DNA of 63,502 nucleotides, filler included, from Olpidium bornovanus S191 (GCA_017911155.1; 28 parts of 28 records of this genome joined end to end with filler, not necessarily neighbours in it); one strand, 5' to 3'. Positions 46,617-60,155 are shown, counted from the whole stretch's first letter. Program-made: numbers and translations. The notes: generated from the letters alone by a model not told the origin.

Positions 46617-48475
46617 CATGCTCGCTTGATGGGAAGCCTTACGTCCTTCGAAGAATAGAAGGTAAGGCCCTGGTAGGCTTTTGTTAGAATTTGGCGCGGC
46701 TGGAATTTTGTTTGCCGCGTCGCCCATTATCTGACGCTGTGCTGTCCGCCGGAACGGAAAAAGGATACCGATTGACAAACGAGGCGGCGATGACGCCTGT
46801 TGAGAACTGGCGGAGAATACGGCACGCGAACATCGTTTCCTTGCGAGAAGCGTTCACCAGCAAAGGCTTTGGCGATAACTGTACGTCGGCCGTGCTTAGT
46901 TGACAGATGTTTTCCTCTGCGTGCAAAGTGTCGACGTCGAGCAATGATGACCCCCCGTTTCTCTCCGCGCACAGCCCTCATCCTCGTTTATGACTACCAT
47001 CCGTGTTCGACTACACTGCTGAATAAGCATTTTGTCAACCCTCTTGTGCCAGCGGCGTCGCCGGCGGCGGCCGCCGCACCTGCCGTCGGCTTCACGCCCG
47101 GGGCAGTGAAGGCAGCCATCCCGGTGCAGCAGCACCGTGTGAGACTCATATCCGGAGGCATGGAGCCGGCGTCCGACGAGGAGATAGGCCCAGGCGGCGG
47201 CTTGTCGGAGAAGGTCATTTGGAGTTACGTGACGCAGATCGCTTCGGCAATCAAGGTTACGCACGCCGCCGGGTTGGCTTTGAGGACAATAGAGCCAAGT
47301 AAAATTTTGCTAACGGGAAAGAACAGGTGGGGACGGTGCGCTGTTCGGTGTTTCTTGCGGCTTTTCGTCGACGTGCGATTTTTTCCTTGGTGGTCGCCTG
47401 AGGGGGACATCGTCCACCATCTTAAGGGAAGGGGGGCCACATCATCTGCCATGCCGCGCCGATCTTCTTTTGCGTTTTGTCCGTTGGTCCGCGTTTTGCT
47501 GATGAGCGGCGCCGAAAATTTTATGCGCAGACTTCGGGTTAATTGCGTGGGGGTCTTCGACCTGATCAACTACGACGGCGGCAAGAACCAACCGCATTTC
47601 CAGCAGGAAGACCTCCTGAACTTTGGGCAGCTGATACTCTCGCTGGCTTGCCTGTCGCTCACCGCCATCCACAACCTCCCGAAATCCCTCGACTACATAA
47701 CGCGCTTCTACTCGATGGATCTAAAGAACGTCGTGCTGTACCTACTCAGCAAGCCCTCGCCGATGAAATCTGTCGACGACGTGGTGGCGATGATGGGCAC
47801 GCGGATACTGCACGAGATCGACAGCGCACACTAGTTGGGTTCCGTTTGATGGCGGCTTTTCGCGGCGTTCGTTTTCGGGCGCTTTCCTGGCCGAGCCAGG
47901 CGAAAGTCAGCCCCCTCGTTTCGCTGCTCCGCCTGACCGCCCTCCACGCGCACGTCCCACAATCCATTTATTTGCATGCTGTGACGCGCAGCTACAACGA
48001 TTTTTTGGAAGATGAGTTGTGCCGGGAGTTGGAAAACGGTCGGCTGGTACGAGTGCTGTGCAAGCTCGGCTTCATCAACGAGCGACCGGAGTAAGTCCTT
48101 TTGATCAATTTTTATTTCAACCATCTATGACACACACGCTTTACCCACCTTTTTTCTTTTCTCTCCCGCTCTCTCTCTCCTTTTTTTTCCCTTTGTTCTG
48201 CAAGGTTCGACCTCGACCCGTCGTGGTCTGAGACCGGCGACCGATATCTTTTGAAGCTCTTCCGCGACTACCTATTCCACCAGGTGGACGAGCGGGGGAG
48301 GCCGGTGCTCGACATGGCGCACGTGCTCGGGTGCCTGAACAAGCTGGACGTCGGAGTGGACGACCGCGTGATGCTGGTCAGCCGAGACGAGCAGAGCTGC
48401 CTCATCGTGAGCTACCGCGAGCTGAAGAAGTGCGCAGAGGTAGTATGGAGGGACCTGTTCCGTAAAGCCGTTTGA
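46617..48475 (+). CDS. PAN3: Poly(A) nuclease subunit Pan3 (pseudokinase plus C-terminal knob), 5'-truncated
   Basis: [12 protein letters not shown]|YRLTNE...[17 protein letters not shown]...LVYDYHP...[12 protein letters not shown]...[12 protein letters not shown]|RLRVNC...QQEDL...[22 protein letters not shown]|...[23 protein letters not shown]...LNKLD...[12 protein letters not shown]. Confidence 0.97.
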
Positions 48476-49784
48476 GGTTCCCCCCGTCCCGCCTCCCCCC
48501 CCCCCTCCCTCCCTCTCGAAGCTTTTCGTTACTTCGATGGTCTGGCGCACTCGTACCATGCAAACCCCTTTCCTCCTCCCCGCCCCTCCTGCTCCCCGCC
48601 CCCCCCACCCCCCCTCCCCCCAACCCTCAAATCACGTGTCCTGCTTTTTTTTGCCTAATCCTGCATGCCGTGCGCGCCTTCCCCCTTCCCCCGTCTCCCC
48701 CGCCTATTCCTACCTTCCCCCATTTCTCCTCCCCGTTCCCCTCCCCCGTGTCCATTGTCCGCGGGGTCCCCCCCCCCCCCCCACCCCGAAATAATAAACG
48801 ATATACGAGGGGGTAGAGGGGGAAGGACCCGCGCACGCGCGCCGCCCTTTTTGCCTCCTACGACTCGACACTTTATGCTCCTTTTTTTCCTGCTCTCTAG
48901 AACCATCCCCCCTCCCCCCTCGCCTTCCCCGCCTCTAATGGTTTTCTTTTTTTTTTTTTTTTTCTTTTTTTCCTTCCAGTAAGACTTTTTTTGTAGTATA
49001 TAAAACCGTATGTGATTTTTCTTTTTCTTTTTGTTGTTTTTTTGTTGTTTTCACTACGGGCTCATGACGGGCGGCGGGGAGAAGCGCGGAGGGCGGGCGG
49101 TGAGCAGCCCACTCGCTCGGCCCGCGAGAACCCTAAAACCCCTGAACCGTTTTTTCCCCACACAAACACACACATCCACGCGGGCAGGGGGGAAGCTGAA
49201 ACGGGGCCTTTTCGAGGGCGAACGGGCGGGCCGTCGTCCTCAAGGGCTGGCCGAGGAAGAGGGCGGCTGGTTCGCGGCGCAGCGCGAGGCGGCCGTGATC
49301 GGNNNNNNNNNNNNNNNNNNNNNNNNNNNNNNNNNNNNNNNNNNNNTTAATTAATTAANNNNNNNNNNNNNNNNNNNNNNNNNNNNNNNNNNNNNNNNNN
49401 NNCCGGCCCCCCCCGGGCCCCCCTCTCGCGCTCCTCTTCCTTTGTCTCCCCCCCGGCTCTTTTGTCCCTTTTTCCCCCCCCCCCCCCCCCCCCGGCTCTC
49501 CCGCCCTCCTTAGCTCCGGCGGGGGGTCTAGGCCGCGGTATATCAGCCACGTCGGCCGCGCGAACCAGACCCGCGCGCCCCGGGAGGGGGAAGGGGAGGA
49601 AGCGCCGGCGGTTGGTGCGTCCGGCGGGACATCAAACCCCCCCTTTTCCTTGCAGGGTGCAAATTGCCCGGGCAAAATGTGCTGGCCCGCGGGGTTAAAA
49701 ATAACACAGCCGGCGGTGCGGGTGGGGGTGGGGGTGGGGGAGTGGGGTGGTTTCCGTCCCGAACAGCCCGTTACGCGCGCGCAC

Positions 49785-49985
49785 TGTCGAAAATAAAGGG
49801 GGAGGCTGAGCAGCACGAGCACTGCGCACGCCAAAAAGCCCCTGTTACCCCTTTGTAGAGTCTCTAGTTTCCCCTCATATAAAACAAGCCGGGAGTAGAT
49901 AGCGGCGCAACGCCCCGAATACAATACAGAAAACCTCTTCCTCTTCTTCTCCTTCGGCTTCCAGAAATCAACAGGTTATGAGCCC
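49785..49985 (+). mobile_element. Candidate 5' LTR (TGTCGA...TCAACA, 49785-49973) followed immediately by the half-tRNA-iMet PBS GGTTATGAGCCC
   Basis: ...GAAATCAACA|GGTTATGAGCCCAAA, with CATATAAAA inside. Downstream is a gag-like coiled segment (DVEARMTALQKELEALRAEK). Confidence 0.65.
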
Positions 49986-50509
49986 AAACCGCCAACTCTT
50001 CCCTGTCTGACAAACCACGGAAAGGACCGGAAGTCGCGTGAACGGCGACAATGGAGAGGAAGAAGCCCGCCAAGGCGACGGAGACCCTTTTGTAGGGAAC
50101 TACCGTGAAGCCGCCATGCCAGGCGGACTACGAACGCCTACGGAGCAAAGGGGGCGCTCAAGAGCCCCGACTACCTCCATTCGCGGCGCCACAACGGCGC
50201 GCAGCCACTCACGAGAATCGTACTCTCACGGCTCTCGACTCTCTCCGAGTCCTCCCAACATATCGTAAACTCCGTTTTGCTCCACAACGAAAGGAGAGAA
50301 CGCCAGCGAGAACGCCACCATGACGACGTGGAGGCGAGGATGACTGCCCTCCAAAAGGAACTAGAAGCGTTAAGGGCTGAAAAAGCAGCCATGGCCAAAC
50401 AAGTTCAAGNNNNNNNNNNNNNNNNNNNNNNNNNNNNNNNNNNNNNNNNNNNNTTAATTAATTAANNNNNNNNNNNNNNNNNNNNNNNNNNNNNNNNNNN
50501 NNNNNNNNN

Positions 50510-50800
50510 CCCAAAACTGCGGCTATATCAGAAGTCGTCAAAACCTGATCGTGATGAGGAGCCAACGCAACAATAAGATTTTGCATCTGCTGCTGATTAT
50601 TTTGGTTCTGGGCTATCATTACTTGCATGAACTGCTCTATCATGCGCTCCGTGTTGCTAGATGTCGTGCCTCGGGTGGAGGAAGGTAGACGAGAATCGTG
50701 AGAGCGGTATCCGTCGTTTTCACGCATAGCATGCGCGTTGTGTCCAACCTTGTCCGTACTCACGCGGGCATGCATGTTGGTGCCGACGAAGCGCCGTCTT
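50510..50800 (-). mobile_element. Possible gag N-terminal remnant
   Basis: ERMIEQFMQVMIAQNQNNQQQMQNLIVAL has a composition typical of gag N-termini; no diagnostic motif is present. Confidence 0.25.
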
Positions 50801-52614
50801 GCGTGTAGGTCACCATAACCGTAAGGTTTGGGACGCGCTCCGAACGACTCGCCGACGGATGCATTACGAGTGGGAGCGAAAGAGTTACTCGTCACCTCAG
50901 CTGCAGTAAAGTAGTGCACGCCTTGTGAAGCAGGATGGACTTGGGCTTGTGGAGCGTATAATTGACAATTTCTCGAAGTAATTAACGGCATCCTTACTGC
51001 AGTACTCTTTCGACAATAACGAAAAATGTGTTCGCGAATTCGTCGGCTACGCGGTGCTGTGAGCTGGGTTGCAGTATAACCAGAGGGACCTTCTCTTGAA
51101 CGGGACCAAAACATAAAAACTGGCGCGCGAACTACTTATCTGCATTGCTTTAGAAAGTTTCCGGTAAAACACATAGCTGCTAACGAAGAAGTTTACGTGG
51201 AGTTAAAAAATCGAAAATCTGAAAAACTTTCAATGTTTGGATTCTCTAAGAAGAAAGGTGAAAGCGCGTTTTCGTTTTTTGAATGGAGCGGAGTATCCCC
51301 ACCCCTCTTCTTCATTTTTATGAGACAAAATAGGTTTAATAGTGTATCAGCAAGAGAGGAGAACAAGGCTATTAATAAACATCAAAACATTGAAAGTTTT
51401 TCAGATGGCTACTAAATACATTAAAAGTTGAAAATGAGGCTTCCGGTTTTAGCTCAATTTTAGGGGTTGCATTAAACTCAATTTTTTAAGATAATCAATT
51501 GATATAATGGTTTAACGCAAGAGAGGACACCGCGCTGTCAACCGCACAAACTAAACTCCAGGCAGAAAAAGAAGGGGGAAAAAAGGAAAAAGACAAAAAT
51601 TAATAGTGGACTGATTTCCATTAATATAGGTTGCATAATTCACTATAAATTATAATATAGCCGGGCCGGAATCGTTCTTGCGCACAGGATCAAGTGGGGG
51701 CCGGCGCTCGCCGTCGAGTGAAGCGGAGTGCGGAAGCAAAGGAATAAATTTTGTAGAGCGCGGGCGAAATCGTCCTTGCGCACAAGAGCAAGCCGGAGCC
51801 GGCGCTCGCCGTCGCGTGAGGCGAAGAGCGAGGCTACAGCCGGCACGCGGCGTCACGCGCGGGGAGAAGGGGTGGGGGTGGGGGGGGGGGGGGGGGAATA
51901 CGCAATTTCCGGATCGCATGGCACACATTTTTGAACGCAAAGTCATAACTTAGCGGATTTGGAACGCCGCTTACCCAGCTTTACGTTAAGCGACGAACCA
52001 AGGCGCAAGCCTCGTAACATTATTTTGAGCAGCTCCGNNNNNNNNNNNNNNNNNNNNNNNNNNNNNNNNNNNNNNNNNNNNTTAATTAATTAANNNNNNN
52101 NNNNNNNNNNNNNNNNNNNNNNNNNNNNNNNNNNNNNCATGCTGTAGGAAAGTGAAGCGTTCCCCAAGGCCACGGACTAAGAATCCCTCTGCTGGCCTTG
52201 AATGGCAACCTAAAGACCACCCGATGCGAAGTAATGCCTTGATCCGGACCGACGCGCAAAAGTTCAAAACCTGGCAGCGGGACCGGAAACCATCGACCAT
52301 CCACGTCCCGTTGGACCCTACAAACTTCCAAAAGTGGCCAATCTCACACCTTCAAGACCGACAGACGAAAAGGTTTCCACTCGAAAAAATGTTGCTTTCA
52401 TTATGGAGCCCCCCGTGCCCGGGACTGAGATCAGGAAAGGAGAGGTAAACGTCAGCTAAAGTGGGGAGGGCGTTTCAAAAGTTTTCGAGTTCTCAGAGGC
52501 AAGTGCGAGGAAAGAGGACGACAACTTCGTTGGGAAACGGACGTAGTAAGGAGAAAGGATAATCGGGCGTTTCCTCGGGGATTTCTCGGCGAACAGCGTG
52601 AAAAGAAAAACGGG

Positions 52615-54822
52615 CTACTGTCGGCGCTGGGAGTTGTACTGTTGCTGCTGTCCGTTGTACGGCTGCTGGTTTTGGCTGCGGAACTGCTGCTGGGGGCCGC
52701 GGTACTGTTGCTGCTGCTGGCTGGAATACTGCGGCTGCGGATGGTGGTTATTCTGTGGCTGTCTTTGTCGCTGTTGGTAATGCCGCGACGGAGGCAACTG
52801 TTGCTGTACTTGCTGTTGCTGCGGCGGCGGCTGCGGCTGTTGCGCCGGCTGCGGCTGGGGGTGAGGGGGCTGGGTCTGCTGGGACGGCTGAGACGGCTGG
52901 AGCGGCTGCTGCTGCGGCTGTGGCGGCTGCCGGGGCCGCTCCTGCAGTTTATTGTTTGCTTCACCATCCGCTTGGTCTATAGACGACGGGGCAACGTAAA
53001 GTCGCTTGTCGATAACGGCGGGAATTGGGCGGATCTCCGTGCCCAGCTCCTGCTCAATTCTGTAGAAGTTGAAGCGGTCATCGTACGTGATGAGGTTGAT
53101 GGCCAGGCCGAGGTGCCCGAAGCGGCCGGAACGGCCGATGCGGTGCAGGTATGTCTCAGCATTCTTGGGAAAGTCAAAGTTGATGACAACGTTGACAGCT
53201 TGGATATCGATACCGCGGGTAAGAAGATCTGCAGACAAAAGTTAGATGTCGCGAAAGAACCTCGTTAGCGGTCAACGAATACATCACGGAAGGTAAATGA
53301 TGAACAATTGCAATTACAAATGAGCCGGGAACGAAGTGCGATACGACGCTACCACATACCGGAACAGACGAGATTGCGGCACACACCCCTACGGAAATCG
53401 TGGAAAACTCTATTGCGGTGAGTTTGGAGCATCTTGGCGTGGCTGTAAAAGCATGAGTAGCCCAACTCCGTGATCTTTTTCGCGAGCAGTTCCACGCGGT
53501 TCGTGGAATTGCAAAAAATAATCGACTGGTTGATTTGCAGCTGGAGTCGAGAAGTGGCAACAGGGAAGACTCAGCAACCGGCCGCATATCACAAAAGGAC
53601 ATCAACGCCAAATGTAAACAACCTTAGAGAACAGCGTGTTCAGACAATGGACTTTTTGCTTCTCCTCGACGAAAGCGTAGTACTGAGTAACACCGCGCAG
53701 CGTGAGTTCATCCATGAGGTTGATCTCGTACGGATTGTTTAGGTGTTTCTCCTTGAATGAGCGCACAATCATTGGGAACGTGGCGCTGAACAGCATGACT
53801 TGGCGGTTATTGGGGAGGAAGCTGATGAGCTGATCGATAATAGGTGAAAATTCCGGGGCGAGAAGTTTGTCTGCCTCATCCATGACGAATGTGGTGCACT
53901 CCGACAGATCGGCAATTCCCTTGATAGCAAGATCCAGAATGCGACCCGGCGTCCCCACCAGGATGTGCACGGTGCCACCCAGGCGCATAATGTCGTCTTT
54001 AAGGGTGGTGCCTCCGGTGGTCACCATCACGTTCACTCCGCAGTGCTTCCCCAGCCTCCGGCAAACTTGCGACGTCTGAAGGGCGAGCTCCCTCGTCGGC
54101 ACAAGTAGCATAGCCTGAATTTTATCCTTCTTAGGGTTGACTTTCTCGAGAACGGGTATGACAAACGCCGCTGTCTAGCAGCACACGCCGTCCGCAAACC
54201 GTATATCAGAGAAAGGGCGACGAACGGAGCCGGAACTGAGCCAAAGGCAGAATTGAAGTTCCATCTACCTTTCCTGTTCCATTTTTGGCTCTCGCTAAAA
54301 TGTCGCGTCCACTCAACGCTATGGGAATCGCTTCTTCCTGAATGGGAGATGGTCTTTCGAAGCCCGCCTCAAAGATCCCCATCAGTAGTTGACGTTTCAC
54401 GTAGTAGTCCTCGAATTCGTGTCCCTTGGTAAGGGTGACATCCTAGCGATAAACGGAAACCGGCGACGCAATGTATTACCGCCCAAATTCCAGGCGGAAC
54501 ACCAACGTTGGCGAAAGCGTGTCACCAAAAAAAGCAAGGAACGGGACCCGTAGGGTCGATACGGGAACAAGAAAAAACGTGCAGGCAAGTACGCCACAGC
54601 GGCCCATCGCACCTCGGTTTGCGGTCTAGTGTCTTTCGCGGGAAGTCGCAGGTTCTTTTTCCACCTGTCGTCCTGATGACTGTGCGAACACGCAAAACAC
54701 GGTGGCGCAGTAAACGCCCGAAATGGAATAAGATTTAGCAGCGGCGACGCGGGCATTATAAAGACTTGAAGCAAGAAACTTCACCTCATTTGTTGCCTGC
54801 CTGCAGAACCATCGAAAGCCAT
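52615..54822 (-). CDS. DHH1: DEAD-box RNA helicase Dhh1/DDX6, apparently complete, multi-exon
   Basis: [13 protein letters not shown]|[22 protein letters not shown]|...[14 protein letters not shown]...ARAKNGTGK|TAAF...VPTRELALQ...MDEADKLL...FSATFP...[20 protein letters not shown]...[38 protein letters not shown]. Confidence 0.98.
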
Positions 54823-55907
54823 ATCTACGTCTCTGCACGGAAGTGAACTAGGTAAAGATGGGACAAGTGGAAACAAAAATGGCAGGTACCGAAGGTATAT
54901 ACAAAAGGTGAGGAGGTATGGGATGCCCTATGGAGGAAAGAGGAGTGGGTGGCCGTGGAGTGGGGGGGGAGGCGGGGGGTGGGAGGGGGTGGGAGGAGGA
55001 GTAGGTGGGTTAGAGTGAGGGGAGGGGTCTTGAAGTATATCTACAAACTAGGAGCGGCAAGGGGAAAGAGAGGATGACCTGCGTGCTACGCGAAGGACCA
55101 AGGAATCGAGGGTTTGGCCAAAACGTGGACGTGTTTCGTGAGAACGAACTAGCTGGAAGTAGATCTCGCAAATTGTCCAAGGAAACGCGGCTTTGACCGA
55201 AACGTGGACGTGTCTCGTGAGAACGAATTAACTGGGGAAGCAGACCTCGCAAAGCGTCCGGTCGTCCGGCTTCCGGGCAAACGGAAGGGTGGGGAGGTTC
55301 CGGGGCGAGGGAGAAAAACAGTAAAGTGGGCCGCCCCCGTGGACTAGTTTTTTTTTGGTGTTTTCTCTCTTCTTTGCCCACACCCCGTTGGACGGGCTGC
55401 TCCCTACGCAACAGCGGCGGTAGCAGGGGCTGGGAGAGGGCGGGTCAGAGGGGTTTTAAAAGATGAAAGTGGGGGAGGGGGGAAGGGATAAACGTGGAGA
55501 CGGCAGAGGAGAACCCTTCCGCGGGCCGGGTAGGGGGGGGGGGGGGGGGGGCGTCCTTTCTCCTTTTACCGCCCCTCCTTTCCGTTTCGGTCGCGTCTTT
55601 CGGTTTCGGGGCTCCCTGGGCGCAAGTTGGCGCGCGCGTGTGCCTTTTGCTTTCTGCCGGGCGACGGTGTGCGTGGTTGGGGGGGTGTGGGTGGGTGGGT
55701 GGGTGGTGGGTGACACAGGGGAGGGAGGAGGAGGAGGACGAGAGGGGGAGGGAGGACGGGGCGGGAAAGAAGGGAGAAGGGCCGGATGGCGGGGAGAGAA
55801 CGGGGGAGAGAGAAGAGGAGGGAGGAGGAGCTGTGTGTGTGGCGGCTGGGGGGGACACACGGGGCGGGGAGGCGCCGCGGGGGGGGGGGGGGGGGGGGGG
55901 GGGGGGG

Positions 55908-55947
<40 letters not shown>

Positions 55948-55961
55948 CCTTCGGTCCGTAC

Positions 55962-56107
55962 CACAGGGTGGTCTTTTGGGGGTCGGCGGCGACGGCCATT
56001 GCGTGGGGCTGGGCGTAGGCCTGGGCGGCGGAGAACTGGTGAGCGAACTGGTGCTGGTACTGCTGGTGCAGCTGCTGATCGAAGGGCGGTGCGCCGTAGT
56101 ACGCCAT
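55962..56107 (-). CDS. First exon of a probable Nam8/Ngr1/Csx1-like RRM protein
   Basis: MAYYGAPPFDQQLHQQYQ...AADPQKTTLW|gtacgg. KTTLW(MG) is the typical RNP2 start of this family. The remaining exons were not found in this contig. Confidence 0.55.
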
Positions 56108-56616
56108 CGCAGGGAAGGGGACGGCGGGGGGCGTGTGCTCTCTCTCTCTCTCCCTCTCTCTCTCTCTTTCTCTGTTCTCTCTCTCTCTCTCTCGGACGGG
56201 TTGGGAGGGAATAAGGAGGCCCGGGCGGGGTGATGGTGACGGGGCGGGGGGGCGGGGGCGGGGGCGGGGGAACGAGCCGGGGGCGGGGGCGGGCGGGGGG
56301 CGTGTGCTCGTGCCGAGTGTGCGCGGTCCGGGTCTTTTCCGCAAACGCACACACCCTCGCCCCAACTAGGCCCGCCCTCACTCCTCCTCCGCCGCCTGCT
56401 CCCCGTCGACAGAGCAGCCAGAACACGACCTCCCCTGGGAGATTGCCCGGTTTTTATCTTTTTTTTTTTCCCTCTTTTTCTTCTCGTTTTTGTCGCTTGC
56501 CCCGCCTGTTTCCATGNNNNNNNNNNNNNNNNNNNNNNNNNNNNNNNNNNNNNNNNNNNNTTAATTAATTAANNNNNNNNNNNNNNNNNNNNNNNNNNNN
56601 NNNNNNNNNNNNNNNN

Positions 56617-57066
56617 CCTCCGGCGCCAGTTCAACAATTTCCTTGGCGCTTCTTCCCGCGACATGGCCTTGCTCCGCCGAGTCCGGGCCGCGCGGAGCGG
56701 TCGACCCTTACCGGAGCAGTGTCTGGTGATAGCCGGCGGCGAGGGCGAGCTCACGCTGCGCCTCGCCAAGCAGCTCCGGCCCAAGGAATTCGCTTTCGAC
56801 CTGCCACAGGTCGATCCCACGGCTGCCCCGCGAGACGTCGAGATATTCGGGGTGATCCCCCGGACGCCGTCGCCGGCGGACGACGAGCAAGCGAAGGAAG
56901 AGCTGGTCTCCCTCGGCCGCCTGCAATACGACACCGCGGCTTCCAGCGCGCAAAGATACGTCTTGGAACTCCGCGACGGCGAGAGGGAGTTCGAAGTGAT
57001 CCGGATCAGGATCAAACAAGGGAACCCGCTACAGACGCACCTATGCAACGCTTTACTCTACGACTG
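56617..57066 (+). CDS. Internal exon of an unidentified protein
   Basis: Open frame ...EQCLVIAGGEGELTLRLAKQL...RYVLELRDGEREFEVIRIRIKQGNPLQTHLCNALLYDW ends at the donor gtgagc; codon usage is GC3-rich. Confidence 0.55.
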
Positions 57067-57775
57067 GTGAGCCGCGAATGCGTTTCGTGGGCCGGGGGGG
57101 TGGGGGGGAAGGCGGGCGTTGCCGCCTTTTTTGGACCAATCTCGTTTCTAACGCAAACCTTTCGCGGCGCGGAAAAGAAAAAAAGATCTGCCTGCGGATG
57201 CACGCAGCGTCCGGCGTCTCCGAGTACTTTTTTTTATCCCGAGGCTCGCAAGAAAAGCGGAACGAGCCACCCTCCCCGTTCAGTTTTTTGTCTGTTTTTT
57301 TTTTCGTACCCGTTTCCAGATGGTTTTGCCGCGATTCCAAACCGCCCTATCGCAACCCCCAAAAAAGCGGGCCTTGTCTTTATTTCCGCACGCTTGGTGA
57401 TTCCACGCTTCATCTTTCGTTGCCTCGAGCTGCGACCTGTCTTTATTGACCGTTTGACCCCGCCGCAGCCCGGTTTTATTTTATTTTGTTTTTTTTTTTT
57501 TTTGCGAGCACGTATTTTTTTTTTCAACTCCCGGCATTTTGCCCCAAGTACCGGTAGATCGGCGCACTTTTCTCTTTGGTCGTTTCCTGGTCCCGCTGCC
57601 AGTTGCGTCGGCGACCCGAACACACACTGTCGGGCACTTTCGGTCGCCCCTCTTTTTGCGTGTGTTTTGCCTTTTCGCCTTGTGATTGAGCGTGGGTCAC
57701 CGGGTATTTGTCATTTGTTCCTTTTTTTTTGTCTGGTCCGTGGATCTAAGTTCACACGTGACTACGTGATGACGG

Positions 57776-57893
57776 AGAGAGAGAGTGAGAGAGAGTGAAA
57801 GAGGGGGCAAGAGAGAGAGAGAGAGTGAGAAAGTGAGAGAGTGAGAGAGTGAGAGTGAGAGAGAGAGAGACGGAGAGAGAGAGAGAGAGAGAG

Positions 57894-57933
<40 letters not shown>
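57776..57933 (+). repeat. (GA)n / GAGT-interrupted microsatellite
   Basis: Directly visible; similar tracts occur near 3361, 16760, 33880, 46200 and 56140. Confidence 0.9.
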
Positions 57934-57936
<3 letters not shown>

Positions 57937-60155
57937 TTGTGACTGAGAAGTGANNNNNNNNNNNNNNNNNNNNNNNNNNNNNNNNNNNNNNNNNNNNTTA
58001 ATTAATTAANNNNNNNNNNNNNNNNNNNNNNNNNNNNNNNNNNNNNNNNNNNNCATGCTCAAAAAAAACGGGGACGTGCAGGTCGAACTTCGAAGGGAAG
58101 CGGGGACCGGGCAGGTTGTAAGGGCGCGAATGGCGACTGTGGTACTGTACTTATGCCTTGCCCGGAAGGTGGGGGGTTGGGGCCGCCCTCTGCAGATTTC
58201 CCGCAGTCTTCCCCAGCGGCGGCGACCTTCTCCACCCCTTTCCCCTTCCCCGTTGTAGATCGCACCGGAGAAGTAGAGCGCCACTGGGCGTCATCACTGA
58301 AACGGCGAGGAAAAGGCCGTACAAAGCATTTTCGGACATTTCGGAATGTCAACCGTACTGCGAAGACACCGTTGCCTAGTGAGCACCACGTGGGGAGGTG
58401 TTTGACAAGCTCTTTATTTATTTTTCCGGGACGAAAAGAAAAAACTCGACAGAAACAAAAGAAAATTTAAGTGGATTGGGGATTTAGATAGGTGACATCC
58501 CAGAGGCCGCGATCGGTGCTCGGTGGACATTGTGGACTCTTCCCGGGAAACTCAAAACCCATGGTGTCTTCTAGACTAAGAAGTCTTGCCGCCAATGATC
58601 ACTGTGTGCAAAGGATTCACCAGCCGACCACGCGGCGGCCCCACCGCGTTGTGACCTTTTGACTTCATGACGGTTTTAATCACCGAAGTGATCTCGGTTC
58701 CACCTCGGCTCTCGTCACCGAAGTGATGTCACATGGTTCCACCCCCGCTTTCAGATATAGAAGGGAGAAAGGGGTGGGGGAAAGACGTGCGCTGCGCACA
58801 GCGGGCGGCCACGGCGTCCCCGCGAACCGAGAAAGGGGTGAAGACGGAAAGAGCCCGCTTACCCGAAGTTTTTGCGAGAGAAAGACGGGCCGGGACCTGA
58901 TGCGACGTGCTTTTTCCTTCCACCTTCGCGTTTGCCATGCTGGTTGGAAGAGCGTGCGGGGTCGAGGCGGAAGGTATATTCATAAACGCCTTGGAATTTT
59001 GGGGCAACCCCGGAAGGCTGCGCAGATTGACAGGGAAGAAAGAGGATGAAAACGCGCTCACAAGGACTACTGGCGGAACCGACACCACCTCCCGTGGCCT
59101 TGCCTTTTCGGGGCAGCCTTCCGTTCCCCATTTTTTTGTTTTTTTTTTTTTTTGTAAACCGGGACAGATATCTACGATATCAAGAAAGACGAACGTCCAC
59201 GCGTGCCCCATTGGGCGTTGCCACTGGGGACGAAACGTCGACATCGAGAGTATCCGAACGCGGGCGAGGTTTTTGTTGAGATTGGAGGTCTCCGTCGCGA
59301 TTTTCGTGGTATCCGGAGAGGTGTTAATCGACGCGTTTCGCACCTTGCAAAATCCCAATAAAACCCCGATCCAGCCGTCAAAACGCCTCACGGGCCCGAA
59401 CCGTCGCAATGGGGACTTCTGGAGCTATTTCGCTTTGTCATTTTTGTGAGGCACGAAGATCCTAGGATTTCCGCAGCAGCTGACGCTGCCCTTCCGCGAG
59501 ACAACGATCAACACGCCCTTCTGCCAGGCAACGATCAAAACATAAGAGGAGTCGTTGCTTTTTCCCTCCAATAGTCCTCCATTTCGCTGCGCTCTCGGCT
59601 CGTATCTCCGGTTGAAATCGACAGCGGGCGGAGTTAGGCGAAAAGGTTACGACGTACGTGGTCTGCAAACTTTCCCCCTCCCGGTGTCAGTGTCATCGCC
59701 CCCTCCGGCCACCCTTCCTCCCCTCTCGTCTTTTGGATTGTTTGCTTTCCTCGGAGTGCGCCCGACCTGCTCCCCCATTCCGTGTCGTTCGCTTAGCTTT
59801 TTTTTTTTTTTTTTTTTTTTTGCCTCCAATCGTCTTCCCCCATCCCTCCACTCCCACGCCGTTTTCGACTCTTTTCCGTTTAAGGCGCCAGAGAGGAGGG
59901 GAAAAAAAAAAAAAAAAAAAAAAAAAAAGACGCCCCTCCTCACCCTCTTCCGCGGCGAAACCGGCGGGGAGAGGCGCAAGAGCGCGACGGAAACAGAAAA
60001 GAAAAACGTCCCCGACCGTCCGTAACATCGTTTTGCGCTGAACACCGAGACGGCCGTCGGCGCAAAACAGGAAGAATCACCGCGCGGAGGAGAAGGTTCC
60101 CGCACCGCGCCGGCAAAAAAAAAAGGAAAGAAAAAAAAACCGAAATCCAGAAAAT

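Noticed and set aside
58054-59449. ORFs upstream of SMC1 as genes
   Set aside because: There is no recognisable motif or consistent splice pattern, so they cannot be supported.
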